Positions 1 to 10,286 of a stretch of 64,000 nt of DNA are shown one piece after another. The notes below the pieces were generated by a model. The model ran no database searches and had not been told where the DNA came from. It saw only the letters and a list, made by a program, of their open reading frames with translations. A program made the translations under genes and the position numbers. Within the stretch, counting starts at the first letter, position 1; the number at the start of each line of letters is the position of its first letter. The DNA comes from Dehalococcoidia bacterium (lineage in GTDB: Bacteria; Chloroflexota; Dehalococcoidia; Bin125): contig OZ241982.1 of assembly GCA_965204335.1 (NCBI GenBank), positions 2,183,462 through 2,247,461 on the forward strand, written 5' to 3'.

Positions 1-693
1 GGGCTCTCGCGGTGTTCGGCGACGATGCCCTTGAAGTACTCGTCGAACAGCTTGCCGGTGTTGAACACGACGCCGAGTTCGTCCTCGGTCAGGTTCGGCT
101 CGAGCACGCGCGCAAACTTGTCCGACCATTCCTTGAACTGCTGCCGGTCCTCGGTAGGGACGCCGATCATTTCGGCGATCACGACGGTCGGCAACAGCGC
201 GGCGAGATTGGCCATCAGGTCGAATTCGTTCTCACCCTCGACCTCGTCGAGCAGACCGTGCGCCGTCTCGCGGATGTGATCCTCCATCTTGGCGACCTGG
301 CGGGGCGTGAAGGCGCGGCTGACGAGCCCGCGCAGCCGGGTGTGATCGGGCGGATCGAGCGACAGCATCGACGGCTGGAGCTCGTTTTCGATCTGCTCAC
401 CGACGCCCCGGCGGTTGCGGGTCCCGACCGGTCCCCGCGCGTTGGAGAAGACCTTGTAGTTGCGCAACACGGCGTCGACATCGTCGTACTTGGACACCAC
501 CAGCGCACCGGTCAAGGGACTCGGATGGAACGGGTCGCGCTCCCTGAGCTCCTTGTACGTCGGGTAGGGATTGGCGATGAAGTTCGGGTCCAGCGGGTAC
601 CAGACGACTCCGGACTGAATTCTCTCCTGGGCCAGTCTGGCCTTGATGTAGACCGGGGCGATGACTGATCGGAGCGCGGTTGCGACTGACATG
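1..693 (-). CDS. cytochrome P450 (partial: N-terminal ~231 aa; the C-terminus lies beyond the window start)
   Basis: Minus-strand frame from ATG 693..691 (MSVATALRSVIAPVYIKARLAQERIQSGVVWYPLDPNF...) stays open to position 1; P450-like N-terminal region (DPPDHTRLRGLVSRAFTP, EMIGVP, FKEW); absent from the ORF track because it has no stop within the window. Confidence 0.7.
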
Positions 694-726
694 TTCCACT
701 CGATTCCTGTTGGTGTTGCGATCGGG

Positions 727-2052
727 TCAGTCGAGTGGATGATCCCAGTCGACCATGATCACGTCGCACTCTTCGCCGGCGTGGACTCGTTCCTGATCCT
801 CTGGACACACAGCGTACCCATGCGCCAGCGCCATGGACGTCAACACGCCGCTGCCCTGCGGGCCGGTCAGGCGGGCGTGCCAGCGTCCGTCCTCATCCCG
901 GTCGAGGATGGCCCGCGCATAGACGCGGCGCCAGTCGGTGTTGACGATGTCGTCATCGGCGATCGCCCGGATGATCGGTCGCGGCTGTGGTTGGCGACCC
1001 ATCATCTTGTAGATCGCCAGCCGGCCGAAGAGCTCGAAGGCGAGCAGCGACGACACCGGATTGCCCGGTAGCCCGATGTGCGGCACGCGACGACCGTTCG
1101 GGCCTGCAAACTCACCGAAGGCGAGCGGCTTGCCGGGCTTCATCTTGACGGTCCAGAAGTCGATTGCTCCCTCGCGGGCGAGGACTTCCTTGACGACGTC
1201 AAAGTCGCCGCGCGAGACGCCGGCCGAAGTGATCACGAGATCGCAGGTCTCCAACGCCTCGTTGATCTTCGCCGTTAAGGCGGGGATCGTGTCCCGGGCG
1301 ATGCCGAAGCGCTTCGCTACTCCGCCGTACTGGGTGACCAGCGCGCTCAAACCGTAGGAGTTGGAATCGTAGATCTTGCCTGGCGCGGGCGCTTCTCCCG
1401 GACTCAGCAGCTCGTCCCCGGTTGAGAGGATCGCCACCCGAGGTCGGCGAACGACTTCGACGTCGGCGACGCCGAGCGAGGCGAGGATCGCGACTTCCGG
1501 GCCGCGCAGCACGGTTCCCGCGTTCAGGACCTGTTGTCCATGGCGAACGTCTTCGCCGCGGCGCCGAATGTTGTTGCCCGGGCCGGCCGCCTTCAGAATC
1601 CCGACGTCTTCGATCGTCTCGTGCTCCTGGCCGGGCGCTCGCAGGCCGAACTCGTCGGTCTCTTCGAACGGCACGATCGTGTCCGCGCCGTCCGGCATCG
1701 GCGCGCCGGTCATGATCCGCACCGCTTCGCCCCGCCCGACGCTGTCGTCGTAGAGGTAGCCCGCAGCGAGCTCACCGATCACGCGCAGACGGACCGGCGT
1801 GGACTCCGTGGCGCCGTCGGTGCTTGCCGACTGCACGGCGTAACCGTCCATCGCCGTGTTGTCGTGCGGCGGAATGTCGAACGGCGCGGTGATGTCGGTC
1901 GCCAGCACCTGGCCGACGGCTGCGTCGATCGCCCGTGTTTCCGATGGAAGCTGCCGGCAAAACGACAGGATCCGTTCGGCCGCATCCTCGACCGGAAGCA
2001 TGTCGACCGGCGGCTCCGTCGACCGAGGCGCGGGCGTGTTCTGCGTGGTCAT
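727..2052 (-). CDS. moeA: molybdopterin molybdenumtransferase MoeA
   Basis: 441-aa ORF with MoeA/gephyrin-E hallmarks (NTAMDGYAV, GGVSVGDFD-like SAGVSRGDFD, C-terminal MoeA domain). Confidence 0.9.
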   Translation of the reverse strand: MTTQNTPAPRSTEPPVDMLPVEDAAERILSFCRQLPSETRAIDAAVGQVLATDITAPFDIPPHDNTAMDGYAVQSASTDGATESTPVRLRVIGELAAGYLYDDSVGRGEAVRIMTGAPMPDGADTIVPFEETDEFGLRAPGQEHETIEDVGILKAAGPGNNIRRRGEDVRHGQQVLNAGTVLRGPEVAILASLGVADVEVVRRPRVAILSTGDELLSPGEAPAPGKIYDSNSYGLSALVTQYGGVAKRFGIARDTIPALTAKINEALETCDLVITSAGVSRGDFDVVKEVLAREGAIDFWTVKMKPGKPLAFGEFAGPNGRRVPHIGLPGNPVSSLLAFELFGRLAIYKMMGRQPQPRPIIRAIADDDIVNTDWRRVYARAILDRDEDGRWHARLTGPQGSGVLTSMALAHGYAVCPEDQERVHAGEECDVIMVDWDHPLD

Positions 2053-2072
2053 CTTGAAGCCGCTGTTCCAGA

Positions 2073-2330
2073 TCAGACCTGGATGGTCAGACAGGTCGTT
2101 GTGCGCTTGACGCCGGCGACGGTCTGGATTGAATCGGTGATGCAGCTCCCGAGACGTTCCAGGTTTTCCGCTTCGACCAGACAGATGACGTCGAACGGAC
2201 CGGTGACCAGTTCGACCGTCTTGATTTCGCCCTCGCTGTGAGTGATCTCGCCGAGCGAGAGCGCCACTTGCTTGGCCGTGCCGACTTCAGTTTCGATCAG
2301 GATGTAACTCTTCACCGCCATGCCGATCAC
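2073..2330 (-). CDS. stand-alone Lrp/AsnC-type ligand-binding (RAM) domain protein
   Basis: 85-aa ORF with an AsnC C-terminal-domain-like sequence (ILIETEVG...VELVTGPFDVICLVEAENLERL). Confidence 0.55.
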   Translation of the reverse strand: MIGMAVKSYILIETEVGTAKQVALSLGEITHSEGEIKTVELVTGPFDVICLVEAENLERLGSCITDSIQTVAGVKRTTTCLTIQV

Positions 2331-2459
2331 TCCAGGATCCAGGATTGCGCACGCGACCGTGAGATTGGGACCAGTTTACTATCAGCGCCATGCGTCTCGG
2401 CGGGGTGGACGGGTACGATACGAGGCGTACGAGTCAGCTGTTGTTGATGGAATGACGCA

Positions 2460-3458
2460 GTGGTCGACCTTGAGGCGTTGGAAGCAGAGGCGCGGGCGTC
2501 GCTCGCCGAAGCGGGCGACGAAGCCAGCCTGGATGCCTGGCGGGTGGAATGGCTCGGTCGGCGCGGCCGGTTGACCACGGTCCTGCGCGGGGTCCGGGAT
2601 CTTCCGGCCGAGCAACGGCCGATCATCGGCGCCGGCGCCAATCGGCTCAAGGGCTTGCTCGAAGACGCCGTGACCGCGCGTCGGACGGAACTGCTCTCGG
2701 CCGCGGACGAGGGAACGGTGATCGATGTCACGTTGCCGGGGCGCAAGCCGCCGCTGGGCTCCCTGCATCCAATCACCCTGACCAGACGCATGATGGAACG
2801 CACCTTCCGCGACATGGGGTTCGATGTCGTCGAGGGGCCGGATGTTGAGCTGGAGGAGTACAACTTCGATCGGTTGCGGATCCCGGCCGGTCATCCCGCA
2901 CGCGACATGTGGGACACGATCTGGGTCGCCGACGACGTTTCAGGCGGTCCGCGACAACTGCTGCGCACGCACACGTCCCCGATGCAGATCCGCTACCTGG
3001 AACGCCGCCAGCCGCCGATCCGAGTGATCGTCCCCGGCACCTGCTACCGCTACGAAGCGACGGACGCCACGCACGAGTGGATGTTGACCCAGATCGAGGG
3101 ACTGGTGATCGATCGCGATCTCTCATTCGCGCACCTCAAGGGCACGCTCGAGGCGTTTGTCCGGCGCATGTTCGGCGCCGACATCGAGACGCGATTCCGT
3201 TGCGACTATTTCCCGTTCGTCGAGCCCGGCGCCGAGCTGGGAGTGCGCTGGCACGGTGACTGGTTGGAGGTCCTCGGATGCGGGATGGTCCATCCCGAGA
3301 TCATCGAGGATGCCGGCCTCGATCCAGAGCAGTACACGGGATTCGCCTTTGGCATGGGCGTCGAACGCGTTGCCATGCTGCGCTACGGCGTCCGCGACAT
3401 TCGCCACTTCTACCGAAACGACGTGCGCTTCCTGCGCCAGTTCGAGGGGCGCCGCTGA
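2460..3458 (+). CDS. pheS: phenylalanine--tRNA ligase alpha subunit
   Basis: GTG start; class II aaRS motifs; the TGA stop overlaps the ATG of pheT (ATGA-type coupling at 3456..3460). Confidence 0.95.
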   Translation: MVDLEALEAEARASLAEAGDEASLDAWRVEWLGRRGRLTTVLRGVRDLPAEQRPIIGAGANRLKGLLEDAVTARRTELLSAADEGTVIDVTLPGRKPPLGSLHPITLTRRMMERTFRDMGFDVVEGPDVELEEYNFDRLRIPAGHPARDMWDTIWVADDVSGGPRQLLRTHTSPMQIRYLERRQPPIRVIVPGTCYRYEATDATHEWMLTQIEGLVIDRDLSFAHLKGTLEAFVRRMFGADIETRFRCDYFPFVEPGAELGVRWHGDWLEVLGCGMVHPEIIEDAGLDPEQYTGFAFGMGVERVAMLRYGVRDIRHFYRNDVRFLRQFEGRR

Positions 3459-5869
3459 TGGACGTTCCGCTCAAGTGGCTGGCGCAGTACGTCGACTGGG
3501 ACATGTCGGTGGAGGAGCTGGCGCACCGTCTCAGCATGGCCGGAGCGGAAGTGGAGGCGATCAAGCGCAGCGGCGAAGCGTGGGAGCACGTCGTCGTCGG
3601 ACGCGTCGCCGCCGTCGACCGGCATCCCAACGCCGACCGACTGCGTCTGGCCACCGTGGATGTCGGCGCCCCGGAGCCGCTGCAGGTCGTCTGCGGCGCG
3701 CCCAACCTGGCTCAGGGCCAGACCATCGCCTTCGCGCAGGTCGGCGCGCATCTGATCGACCCGAACACGCGCGAACCGCGTCGATTGCGGAAGGGCAAGA
3801 TTCGCGGCGTGACATCGCTGGGTATGGTCTGCTCCGAGCGGGAACTGGGGCTGTCGGACGAGCACGAAGGGATCCTCGTGCTCGATACCGATGCCGCGCT
3901 GGGCACGCCGCTCGCCGATGTCCTGGGCGACGTAGTGCTCGACATCAAGCCGACGCCGAATCGCCCGGACCATTTCTCGATACTGGGCATCGCGCGCGAA
4001 GTCGCGGCGTTGACAGGCGGCGCCGCTCGCGAGCCATCGGACACTTACGCGGAATCGGGTATCTCTGCCGAGGCTCGGACCAGCGTCGAGATTGAAGACG
4101 CCGAAGGCTGCCCCCGGTACACCGCGATCGTGATCGACGGCGTATCTGTCGGGCCGTCGCCCGAATGGATGCAGGACGCGCTCGCCTCGGCCGGCATGCG
4201 GCCGATCAACAACATCGTCGACGTGACCAACTACGTCATGTTGGAGTGGGGACAGCCGCTGCACGCGTTTGACTACGAGATTCTCCACGACGGTCGGATC
4301 GTCGTGCGCCGAGCGCGACCCGGCGAGCTGATCGAGCTGCTCGACGGCTCGGAGCTGAAACTCGAACCGGACGATCTGGTCATAGCCGACGCGGATCGAG
4401 CCGTCGCGCTGGCGGGCATCATGGGCGGCGCCGATTCTGAGATATCGGATTCGACCACGACCGTGCTGCTGGAGACCGCGAACTTCCGGGAGTCGTCGAT
4501 TCGCCGCAGCCGGGCGCGGCATACGGAACACGGCACCGAGGCCAGCCGACGATTCGAGAAGTCGCTCAACCCCGAGTTGGCGGAACTCGCCGCGCGCCGA
4601 GCGGCGGCGCTGATCATCGAGACGGCCGGCGGAGAAGCATACGCCGGAATCGTCGATACCTACCCGGGCCGCGCGCATACTCCACAAGTGATCGTCACTC
4701 AGCGGCGGATCGAGCAGATCCTCTCGGTGCAGCCCAGCGTCGAAGAGGTGCGCGGCATCCTGTCGGCGCTGGGCATCTCGAACCGCTGGCTGCCGCCCGA
4801 CCGCTTCGCGGTCAGTTGCCCGCCCTGGCGCTCGGACATCACGGTGGCGGACGATGTCGTCGAGGAGATCGGCCGCATCCTCGGCTACGACAATCTCCCG
4901 TCGGAGCCGCTGCCCGGTGCGGTCCCCGACCCCGATGTCGACCACGAGCGCGACCTGGGCGAGCGCATCCGGGACGTCCTGACCGGTCTCGGCTTGCGCG
5001 AGATCATCACATACGTCACGGTCGGAGAGCCCGAGATGGCGGCAACGCAGTCCGAATCCGGCGCCGACCTGTCCTCCGTGCAGCTGCGAAATCCCATGAA
5101 TGCGGCGCGAGATCGCCTGCGCACCAGTCTGCGGCCGCGCGGCCTGGAGACGTTTGCGTCCAATCAGCACGAGGCACGAGGCGGCCTCGGAATCTACGAG
5201 GTCGGCAAGACATTCAAGCCTCTCCCCGGCCGCCAACCGGTCGAGGAGCGGATGGCTCTGGCGCTGATCGGCGGAGAGGCGCCGGCGTCCGTGCACGGCG
5301 ACACCGCGCGCCCGCTCGACTTTTACGACGGCAAGGGTGTGCTCGAGCAACTGGGCGCAGGACTCGATATCGAGTTTGGCCTCGAAGGCGGCGCGAATGA
5401 CGCCGTGCTGGTCAGCGGAGAGTCGGCCCGGATCGCCGTTCGCGGCCAGCCGGTCGGGGTGCTCGGAAAGCTGACGCCGAGCGTGGCGTCGCAATTCGGG
5501 ATCGAGGGCGACGTCTTCGCGCTGGAGCTGTCGATTGCCGCGCTCGCGCCGCTGATCCGGGAGTCTGACCCGGTCCCGTCGCCGTCGGTCTATCCGGCGG
5601 CCGTCGAAGATCTGGCGCTGATCGTGGACGGCGATACCGCCGCGGGCGCGCTTGCCTCCGCCATCGGGGGGAACAGACTGGTCGAGGCGGTCGAACTGTT
5701 CGATATCTACGAGGGCGATCAGATTCCCGCGGGGAAGAAGTCGCTGGCCTTCCGTATCTACTACCGCTCGCCCGATCGGACGCTGACCGATCGCGATGTG
5801 GAGAAGGCGCGGCGGGGAATCGTGCGACGCCTGGAGTCGCAATTCAAGGCGACGCTGCGAGACTCGTAG
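3458..5869 (+). CDS. pheT: phenylalanine--tRNA ligase beta subunit
   Basis: The ATG at 3458 (MDVPLKWLAQYVDW...) overlaps the pheS stop; the tRNA-binding, B3/B4, B5 and FDX-ACB domain order is recognisable; the upstream portion of track ORF 3278..5869 is a run-on. Confidence 0.95.
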   Translation: MDVPLKWLAQYVDWDMSVEELAHRLSMAGAEVEAIKRSGEAWEHVVVGRVAAVDRHPNADRLRLATVDVGAPEPLQVVCGAPNLAQGQTIAFAQVGAHLIDPNTREPRRLRKGKIRGVTSLGMVCSERELGLSDEHEGILVLDTDAALGTPLADVLGDVVLDIKPTPNRPDHFSILGIAREVAALTGGAAREPSDTYAESGISAEARTSVEIEDAEGCPRYTAIVIDGVSVGPSPEWMQDALASAGMRPINNIVDVTNYVMLEWGQPLHAFDYEILHDGRIVVRRARPGELIELLDGSELKLEPDDLVIADADRAVALAGIMGGADSEISDSTTTVLLETANFRESSIRRSRARHTEHGTEASRRFEKSLNPELAELAARRAAALIIETAGGEAYAGIVDTYPGRAHTPQVIVTQRRIEQILSVQPSVEEVRGILSALGISNRWLPPDRFAVSCPPWRSDITVADDVVEEIGRILGYDNLPSEPLPGAVPDPDVDHERDLGERIRDVLTGLGLREIITYVTVGEPEMAATQSESGADLSSVQLRNPMNAARDRLRTSLRPRGLETFASNQHEARGGLGIYEVGKTFKPLPGRQPVEERMALALIGGEAPASVHGDTARPLDFYDGKGVLEQLGAGLDIEFGLEGGANDAVLVSGESARIAVRGQPVGVLGKLTPSVASQFGIEGDVFALELSIAALAPLIRESDPVPSPSVYPAAVEDLALIVDGDTAAGALASAIGGNRLVEAVELFDIYEGDQIPAGKKSLAFRIYYRSPDRTLTDRDVEKARRGIVRRLESQFKATLRDS

Positions 5870-5943
5870 ACCTACACTGGGCGTAACCCGGCAGTCTCTC
5901 TGTTCCCTGCTTGTCGTACTCGAATTTTGGCCAACGTATGCTG

Positions 5944-5970
5944 TTGGCACTCTCTGGCGGAGAGTGCCAA
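5944..5970. terminator. perfect 11-bp inverted repeat (TTGGCACTCTC-N5-GAGAGTGCCAA) 75 nt downstream of pheT
   Basis: Read directly in the sequence; there is no U-tract afterwards, so it may be a protein-binding palindrome rather than an intrinsic terminator. Confidence 0.3.
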
Positions 5971-6009
5971 GATTGAAATCGAAGACGAATGACGCGGAAG
6001 GAACCGATC

Positions 6010-6525
6010 ATGACCTACGTGCATCCGAACCTGTCCGAACACTACGGGAGCGCCTTCGACCTCGGCGATCTGACCCACCGCCTCAACGACGCAACGGACC
6101 ATCTCGAGCTTGCCTCGACCCTCTACGACGCGACCGTGCTGCCGCCGATCGAGTTGCGCCGAGTCATGCGCGCCATGGCTCGACGCGAGGGTGCGGCGGC
6201 CTGGGAAGAGGCCCACGAACTCGTCGTCAGGCGACTGCGCGCATTCCTGCAGCTCAACATGGAGGACGCGCGCGTCGCCGCCCGAGCGTTTGCCGACGCG
6301 CACATCGATCTGCCGGCCGAGTGGCGTGAGCGCAACCGCGAGATCGAATTCGACGTGATCAAGAATGCGCTGCACCTGCGCGAGTTCCTGGCCCTCACGC
6401 ACGTCCTGCCCTGGCTGAAGGATGTCGACGCCGGCGACTGGCTGGCCGACCATCTGCCCGACGCGGACGGGTCCGACCTGGCATTCGACGTCAGCGAGAC
6501 TCCGGCGCTGTCGACCGGATCCTGA
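6010..6525 (+). CDS. hypothetical protein
   Basis: Coding-like composition; SD GGAAGGAA 6 nt upstream of ATG 6010 (MTYVHPNLSEHYG...); no recognisable domain. Confidence 0.5.
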   Translation: MTYVHPNLSEHYGSAFDLGDLTHRLNDATDHLELASTLYDATVLPPIELRRVMRAMARREGAAAWEEAHELVVRRLRAFLQLNMEDARVAARAFADAHIDLPAEWRERNREIEFDVIKNALHLREFLALTHVLPWLKDVDAGDWLADHLPDADGSDLAFDVSETPALSTGS

Positions 6526-6552
6526 CCGGCGCCGGCTCACAGACAACGAGAA

Positions 6553-6593
6553 GCCCGGCAGCCTCTCAGGGGCGCCGGGCTCTGTTGTGTTCG
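6553..6593. terminator. bidirectional rho-independent terminator between the hypothetical gene (+) and rplT (-)
   Basis: GCCCGGC-loop-GCCGGGC hairpin followed by TCTGTTGTGTT on the plus strand, with a T-rich tract on the minus strand as well. Confidence 0.6.
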
Positions 6594-6608
6594 CGCTACT
6601 CAGGACGG

Positions 6609-6959
6609 TCAGCCGGCGTTGGCCTGCTTAACGACGGCGCTGAACCCGTCGGGGTCGTGCAGCGCCATTTCGGCCAGGACCTTGCGGTCGATGTCGATGC
6701 CTGCCTGCTTGAGCGCGTGGATCAGGCGGCTGTAGGTCGTGCCGTTCAGTCGGGCGGCGGCGTTGATTCGCTGAATCCAGAGCCGGCGCATGTCTCCCTT
6801 GCGCTCCCGACGATGCGCATAGGCGTAGGACAGGGCGTGCAGCCGCGACTCGGAAGCTCGCCGGTACAGGCGGTGCCGCACACCGTGATGCCCCCTGGTC
6901 TGCTTGAGGACCTTCTTGTGTCGGCGGCGTTCTCGCGGGCCGCCCTTGACTCGTGGCAT
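6609..6959 (-). CDS. rplT: 50S ribosomal protein L20
   Basis: 116 aa; MPRVKGGPRERRRHKKVLKQTRG is a classic L20 N-terminus. Confidence 0.95.
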   Translation of the reverse strand: MPRVKGGPRERRRHKKVLKQTRGHHGVRHRLYRRASESRLHALSYAYAHRRERKGDMRRLWIQRINAAARLNGTTYSRLIHALKQAGIDIDRKVLAEMALHDPDGFSAVVKQANAG

Positions 6960-6998
6960 GACTCGGAATCCTGTTCTGCAGTGTTCAGCGGAGCGTCG

Positions 6999-7205
6999 CT
7001 AGGGCGATCCGTAGGGCAGTAGCCGCTTGACCCGCTTCTGGTCGCCGGAGCGCTTGACTTCGTGCATCCGGTTCTGTTCCCGCAGGGTGCGCTTGCTCTT
7101 CTTCTGCTTGTTGTGGCCGCGGTAGCCCTTCATTCGCAGCACCTTGCCGGTGCGGGTAATGCGGAATCGCTTGGCGGCGCCCTTGTGGGTCTTCATCTTC
7201 GGCAT
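6999..7205 (-). CDS. rpmI: 50S ribosomal protein L35
   Basis: 68 aa; [22 protein letters not shown]. Confidence 0.95.
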   Translation of the reverse strand: MPKMKTHKGAAKRFRITRTGKVLRMKGYRGHNKQKKSKRTLREQNRMHEVKRSGDQKRVKRLLPYGSP

Positions 7206-7367
7206 CGGTGACCGTCTCCCGCCCTGCCGCGCATCGTCGTCGACGCAGAGGTGCGTCTCCTCAGCTTAGGAGCAATTCGTGCACAGTCCAATCAGTCGAG
7301 ACACACAGCGATGCCGGGATCAGTGAGTCAACAACCGATCACCGTCGCTTCGGCGTGGACGCGCCGG

Positions 7368-7992
7368 CTAACTCGCCGCTTCGCTGGCCGCCTCAGCCTG
7401 TTGTTCGCGTTCCTCGGCCTCTGCCGCCGCCTTCGCCTCGGCGATCGCTTTGGCTTTCACCTTGTCCTCGGCCACGATGATGGACATGAACCGACCCTCA
7501 GTCGAGATCGGCTTTTCGATGATCGTCGGCACCTCGTTCTGCTCAAGCGTCTCGAGCATTTCGTGGATGCGTTCCTGCCCGATCTCTCGGTGCGTAATCT
7601 CGCGTCCACGGAAGGTGATCGAGATCTTGACCTTGTCGCCGTTGCGCAACAACCGGGCGGCGGTCCGACCCTTGGCCTCCATGTCGTGTTTGCCGATGTT
7701 CGGACGCATCTTGATCTGATGCAGGGCGGAGCCCTTCTGTCGCCGCCGGCCCTCGCGCTCCCGCTTCGACTGTTCGTACTTGAAGCGGCCGTAATCGAGC
7801 ATTTTGGCGACGGGCGGACGGGCGTTGGGCGCGACCTCGACGAGGTCCAGGCCCTGCGCGCGTGCGAGGTCCAGCGCCTGCACGGTCGGCATGATCCCGA
7901 GCTGTTCGCCTTCAGCGCCGATCACGCGCACTTCTCGGATGCGAATCGCTTCATTGACGCGCTGTTCTCTCTGTTCTCGTTGATCCTTGACT
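7368..7992 (-). CDS. infC: translation initiation factor IF-3
   Basis: IF-3 N- and C-domains (NEAIRIREVRVIGAEGEQLGI...VKISITFRGREITHREIG); conserved residues continue upstream of the GTG used by the ORF track, and the start is probably TTG 7992 or another non-canonical codon after SD AAGGAG 7995..8000. Confidence 0.85.
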
Positions 7993-8102
7993 GCCAGGGC
8001 AAAGCTCCTTCACTGCGAGCCGGTCTGCGGTTGGCTCTGTTGAGGCAGATGGTAGGTCCGCCGGCGCGCGGTTTCAAACAAGAGGGGTCCGATTTGGGAC
8101 CG

Positions 8103-8618
8103 TCACGCCGATTCCGTGTCGATCACCAGCATCGGATCGCCCTGATCGACCGCGTCGCCCGCCTCGACCGTCACCTGCGTAATCGTTCCCGCCGCCGGCG
8201 AGCGAATCTCGTTGTTCATCTTCATGGCCACGATCACGAGCAGCGGATCGCCCTCTTCGACCTGGTCCCCGGGCGCAACCAGGACTTCGGAGACCTGACC
8301 GGTCATCGGAGCGGTCAGCCGCACTTCCCCCTCGATCGCGGGACCGGAGTGACTGAGGACCCCCGCGCTGCGCTCGATCTCGGCCGAGTAGCGGTCCGGG
8401 CCGATGAACAGCTCGAGCGTCATGCCGTCGCGGCGGATCGCCAGCGGCGTGCTTTCGCCGTCGATCCAAAGTCGGAACAGCGTGCTGTCGTCGAGCGACT
8501 CCAACTCAAGCGAGTACTTCTCGCCCCCGAAATCGGCGAGATAGGTTCCGTTGCCGTCGTCGTCGATGGCAACTTCCTGCAGCCCGCCTTGCACGATTAG
8601 CCGGTAGTTCTTCGCCAT
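8103..8618 (-). CDS. accB: biotin carboxyl carrier protein of acetyl/acyl-CoA carboxylase
   Basis: C-terminal biotinyl domain with the AMKM biotinylation motif. Confidence 0.8.
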   Translation of the reverse strand: MAKNYRLIVQGGLQEVAIDDDGNGTYLADFGGEKYSLELESLDDSTLFRLWIDGESTPLAIRRDGMTLELFIGPDRYSAEIERSAGVLSHSGPAIEGEVRLTAPMTGQVSEVLVAPGDQVEEGDPLLVIVAMKMNNEIRSPAAGTITQVTVEAGDAVDQGDPMLVIDTESA

Positions 8619-10159
8619 CCCTGCTCCACGGGGAACCGTCGGCCGCGTGCCGACTGGGCCCAGGCCCGTCTGCGCGGCTGCGGTCCGTTGCGTTCCAGAT
8701 CGGCCCGCTCGCCCTGCGTGTGGAAGAACAGCGCCGCCGCCAGCGCGGCCTCCACCGCATGCGCCGGACGGTTGGCCGGATCGAGGATCTCGTTCTCTTC
8801 GACGTACAGCGTGTGAATCTCACCGTCGCGGAAGCAGGGATCGTCCATCAACGCCTGATGGAACGGAATCGACGTGCTCACCCCGATCACCAGGTATTCC
8901 CCCAACGCCCGCTTCATCCTTCGGATGCACTGATCTCGCGTTTCGCCCCAGGTGATCAGTTTGCCGATCAACGAGTCGTAATGCGGGCTGACTCCGACGC
9001 CACGGGCGAGCATGGAGTCCAGCCGTACGCCGGGGCCGTCGGCCTCGCGGAACCAGGCGATCGGTCCAACCGACGGTGAGAAGCCGTTGTACGGATCTTC
9101 CGCCGTAATCCGACACTCCATCGCCCAGCCCCGGATCGGACGTTCCGCCGCCGTGTAGCCAAGCGGGAATCCGCCGGCAATCCGGAGTTGATCCTGCACC
9201 AAATCGACGCCTCTGACCAGTTCGGTCACGGGATGCTCGACCTGGAGACGGGTGTTCATCTCCAGAAACGCGAAGTTGCGCCCGTCGGGAGCGTCCGGGT
9301 CGTCCCAGACCAGGAACTCGACCGTGCCGGTCGAGGTGTACGCGCAGGCTCGAGCGGCATTGGTCGCGGCCTCTTCCATGCGCGCGCGCAACTGGGGCGA
9401 CATTCCCGGCGCCGGCGACTCCTCGACCAGCTTCTGTCTGCGCCGCTGGGCGGAGCAGTCGCGTTCGCCCAGGCACACGATGTTGCCGCGCGTATCCGCC
9501 ACGACCTGGATTTCGATGTGCCGCGCCGGGCGCAGGAGTTTCTCAACAAACACCGCACCGTCGCCGAACGCCGTAATCGCCTCCTCCTGCGCCTGCTGCA
9601 CGGCTCGGTCGATCTCGTCCGGCGACTCGACCACTCGGATGCCGCGTCCACCACCGCCGGCGGCCGCCTTGATCACGACCGGATAGCCGATCTCATCCGC
9701 TATCTGACGCGCTTCCGAGGGGTCGATGAGCGGGTCGATCGCGCCGGGAATGATCGGCACACCGGCCTGTTTCATCGTCCGTCGCGACTCGATCTTGTCC
9801 CCCATCAGCTCGATGGCTTCGGGCGACGGGCCGACGAACACGATGCCGTGGTCGCGGCAAGCGCGGGCAAAGTTTGCATTCTCCGAGAGGAATCCATAGC
9901 CGGGGTGGATCGCGTCCGCGCCGGTTTCTTTGGCGGCGTTGATGATGGCATCGATTGACAAATAGCTTTCGGCCGGCGCAGGCGCGCCGATTCGAACCGA
10001 TTCATCCGCCATGCGAACGTGTCTCGCCCGCCGATCGGCGTCCGAGAACACCGCCACCGTCTCAATCCCCAGGTCGCGGGCGCCGCGAATCACGCGGACG
10101 GCGATCTCTCCGCGATTGGCGATCAGGAGCTTCTTGAAGGGGCGCTGGTAGTCAGTCAT
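8597..10159 (-). CDS. accC: biotin carboxylase (acetyl/acyl-CoA carboxylase subunit)
   Basis: ATP-grasp biotin carboxylase hallmarks (KLLIANRGEIAVRVIR, GYGFLSEN, EMNTRLQVEHPVTE); overlaps accB by 22 nt. Confidence 0.9.
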   Translation of the reverse strand: MTDYQRPFKKLLIANRGEIAVRVIRGARDLGIETVAVFSDADRRARHVRMADESVRIGAPAPAESYLSIDAIINAAKETGADAIHPGYGFLSENANFARACRDHGIVFVGPSPEAIELMGDKIESRRTMKQAGVPIIPGAIDPLIDPSEARQIADEIGYPVVIKAAAGGGGRGIRVVESPDEIDRAVQQAQEEAITAFGDGAVFVEKLLRPARHIEIQVVADTRGNIVCLGERDCSAQRRRQKLVEESPAPGMSPQLRARMEEAATNAARACAYTSTGTVEFLVWDDPDAPDGRNFAFLEMNTRLQVEHPVTELVRGVDLVQDQLRIAGGFPLGYTAAERPIRGWAMECRITAEDPYNGFSPSVGPIAWFREADGPGVRLDSMLARGVGVSPHYDSLIGKLITWGETRDQCIRRMKRALGEYLVIGVSTSIPFHQALMDDPCFRDGEIHTLYVEENEILDPANRPAHAVEAALAAALFFHTQGERADLERNGPQPRRRAWAQSARGRRFPVEQGWRRTTG

Positions 10160-10286
10160 CCGCTGCCTTCTCGGATTTCGAACCGAGTATCCGAAACGAC
10201 TCGACCCTGGCCGTGGTCGCCGCGCGTGTGGCCGTATGGATCATACCCGCCGGGATGCGAGGAGAGTATCCAGTTCACGACGCAGA

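Noticed and set aside
2331-2459. T-box leader upstream of pheS, and similarly upstream of thrS
   Set aside because: The leaders are only about 130 nt. No specifier loop or T-box consensus (AATTAGGGTGGNACCGCG-like) is visible.
3410-5950. 846-aa minus-strand ORF antisense to pheT. The same pattern applies to many other long ORFs antisense to confident genes, including 21892..23493, 23500..24813, 28287..29579, 35435..36352, 36787..37920, 48376..50148 and 53658..55268.
   Set aside because: Stop codons are rare in this high-GC DNA, so long antisense open frames arise by chance. Their translations are Arg/Pro/Gly-rich with no domains, and they fully overlap well-supported genes.
5944-5960. Sigma-54 promoter (TGGCAC -24 element) downstream of pheT
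   Set aside because: The -12 TTGCW element is absent at the required spacing. The TGGCAC is simply one arm of a perfect palindrome.
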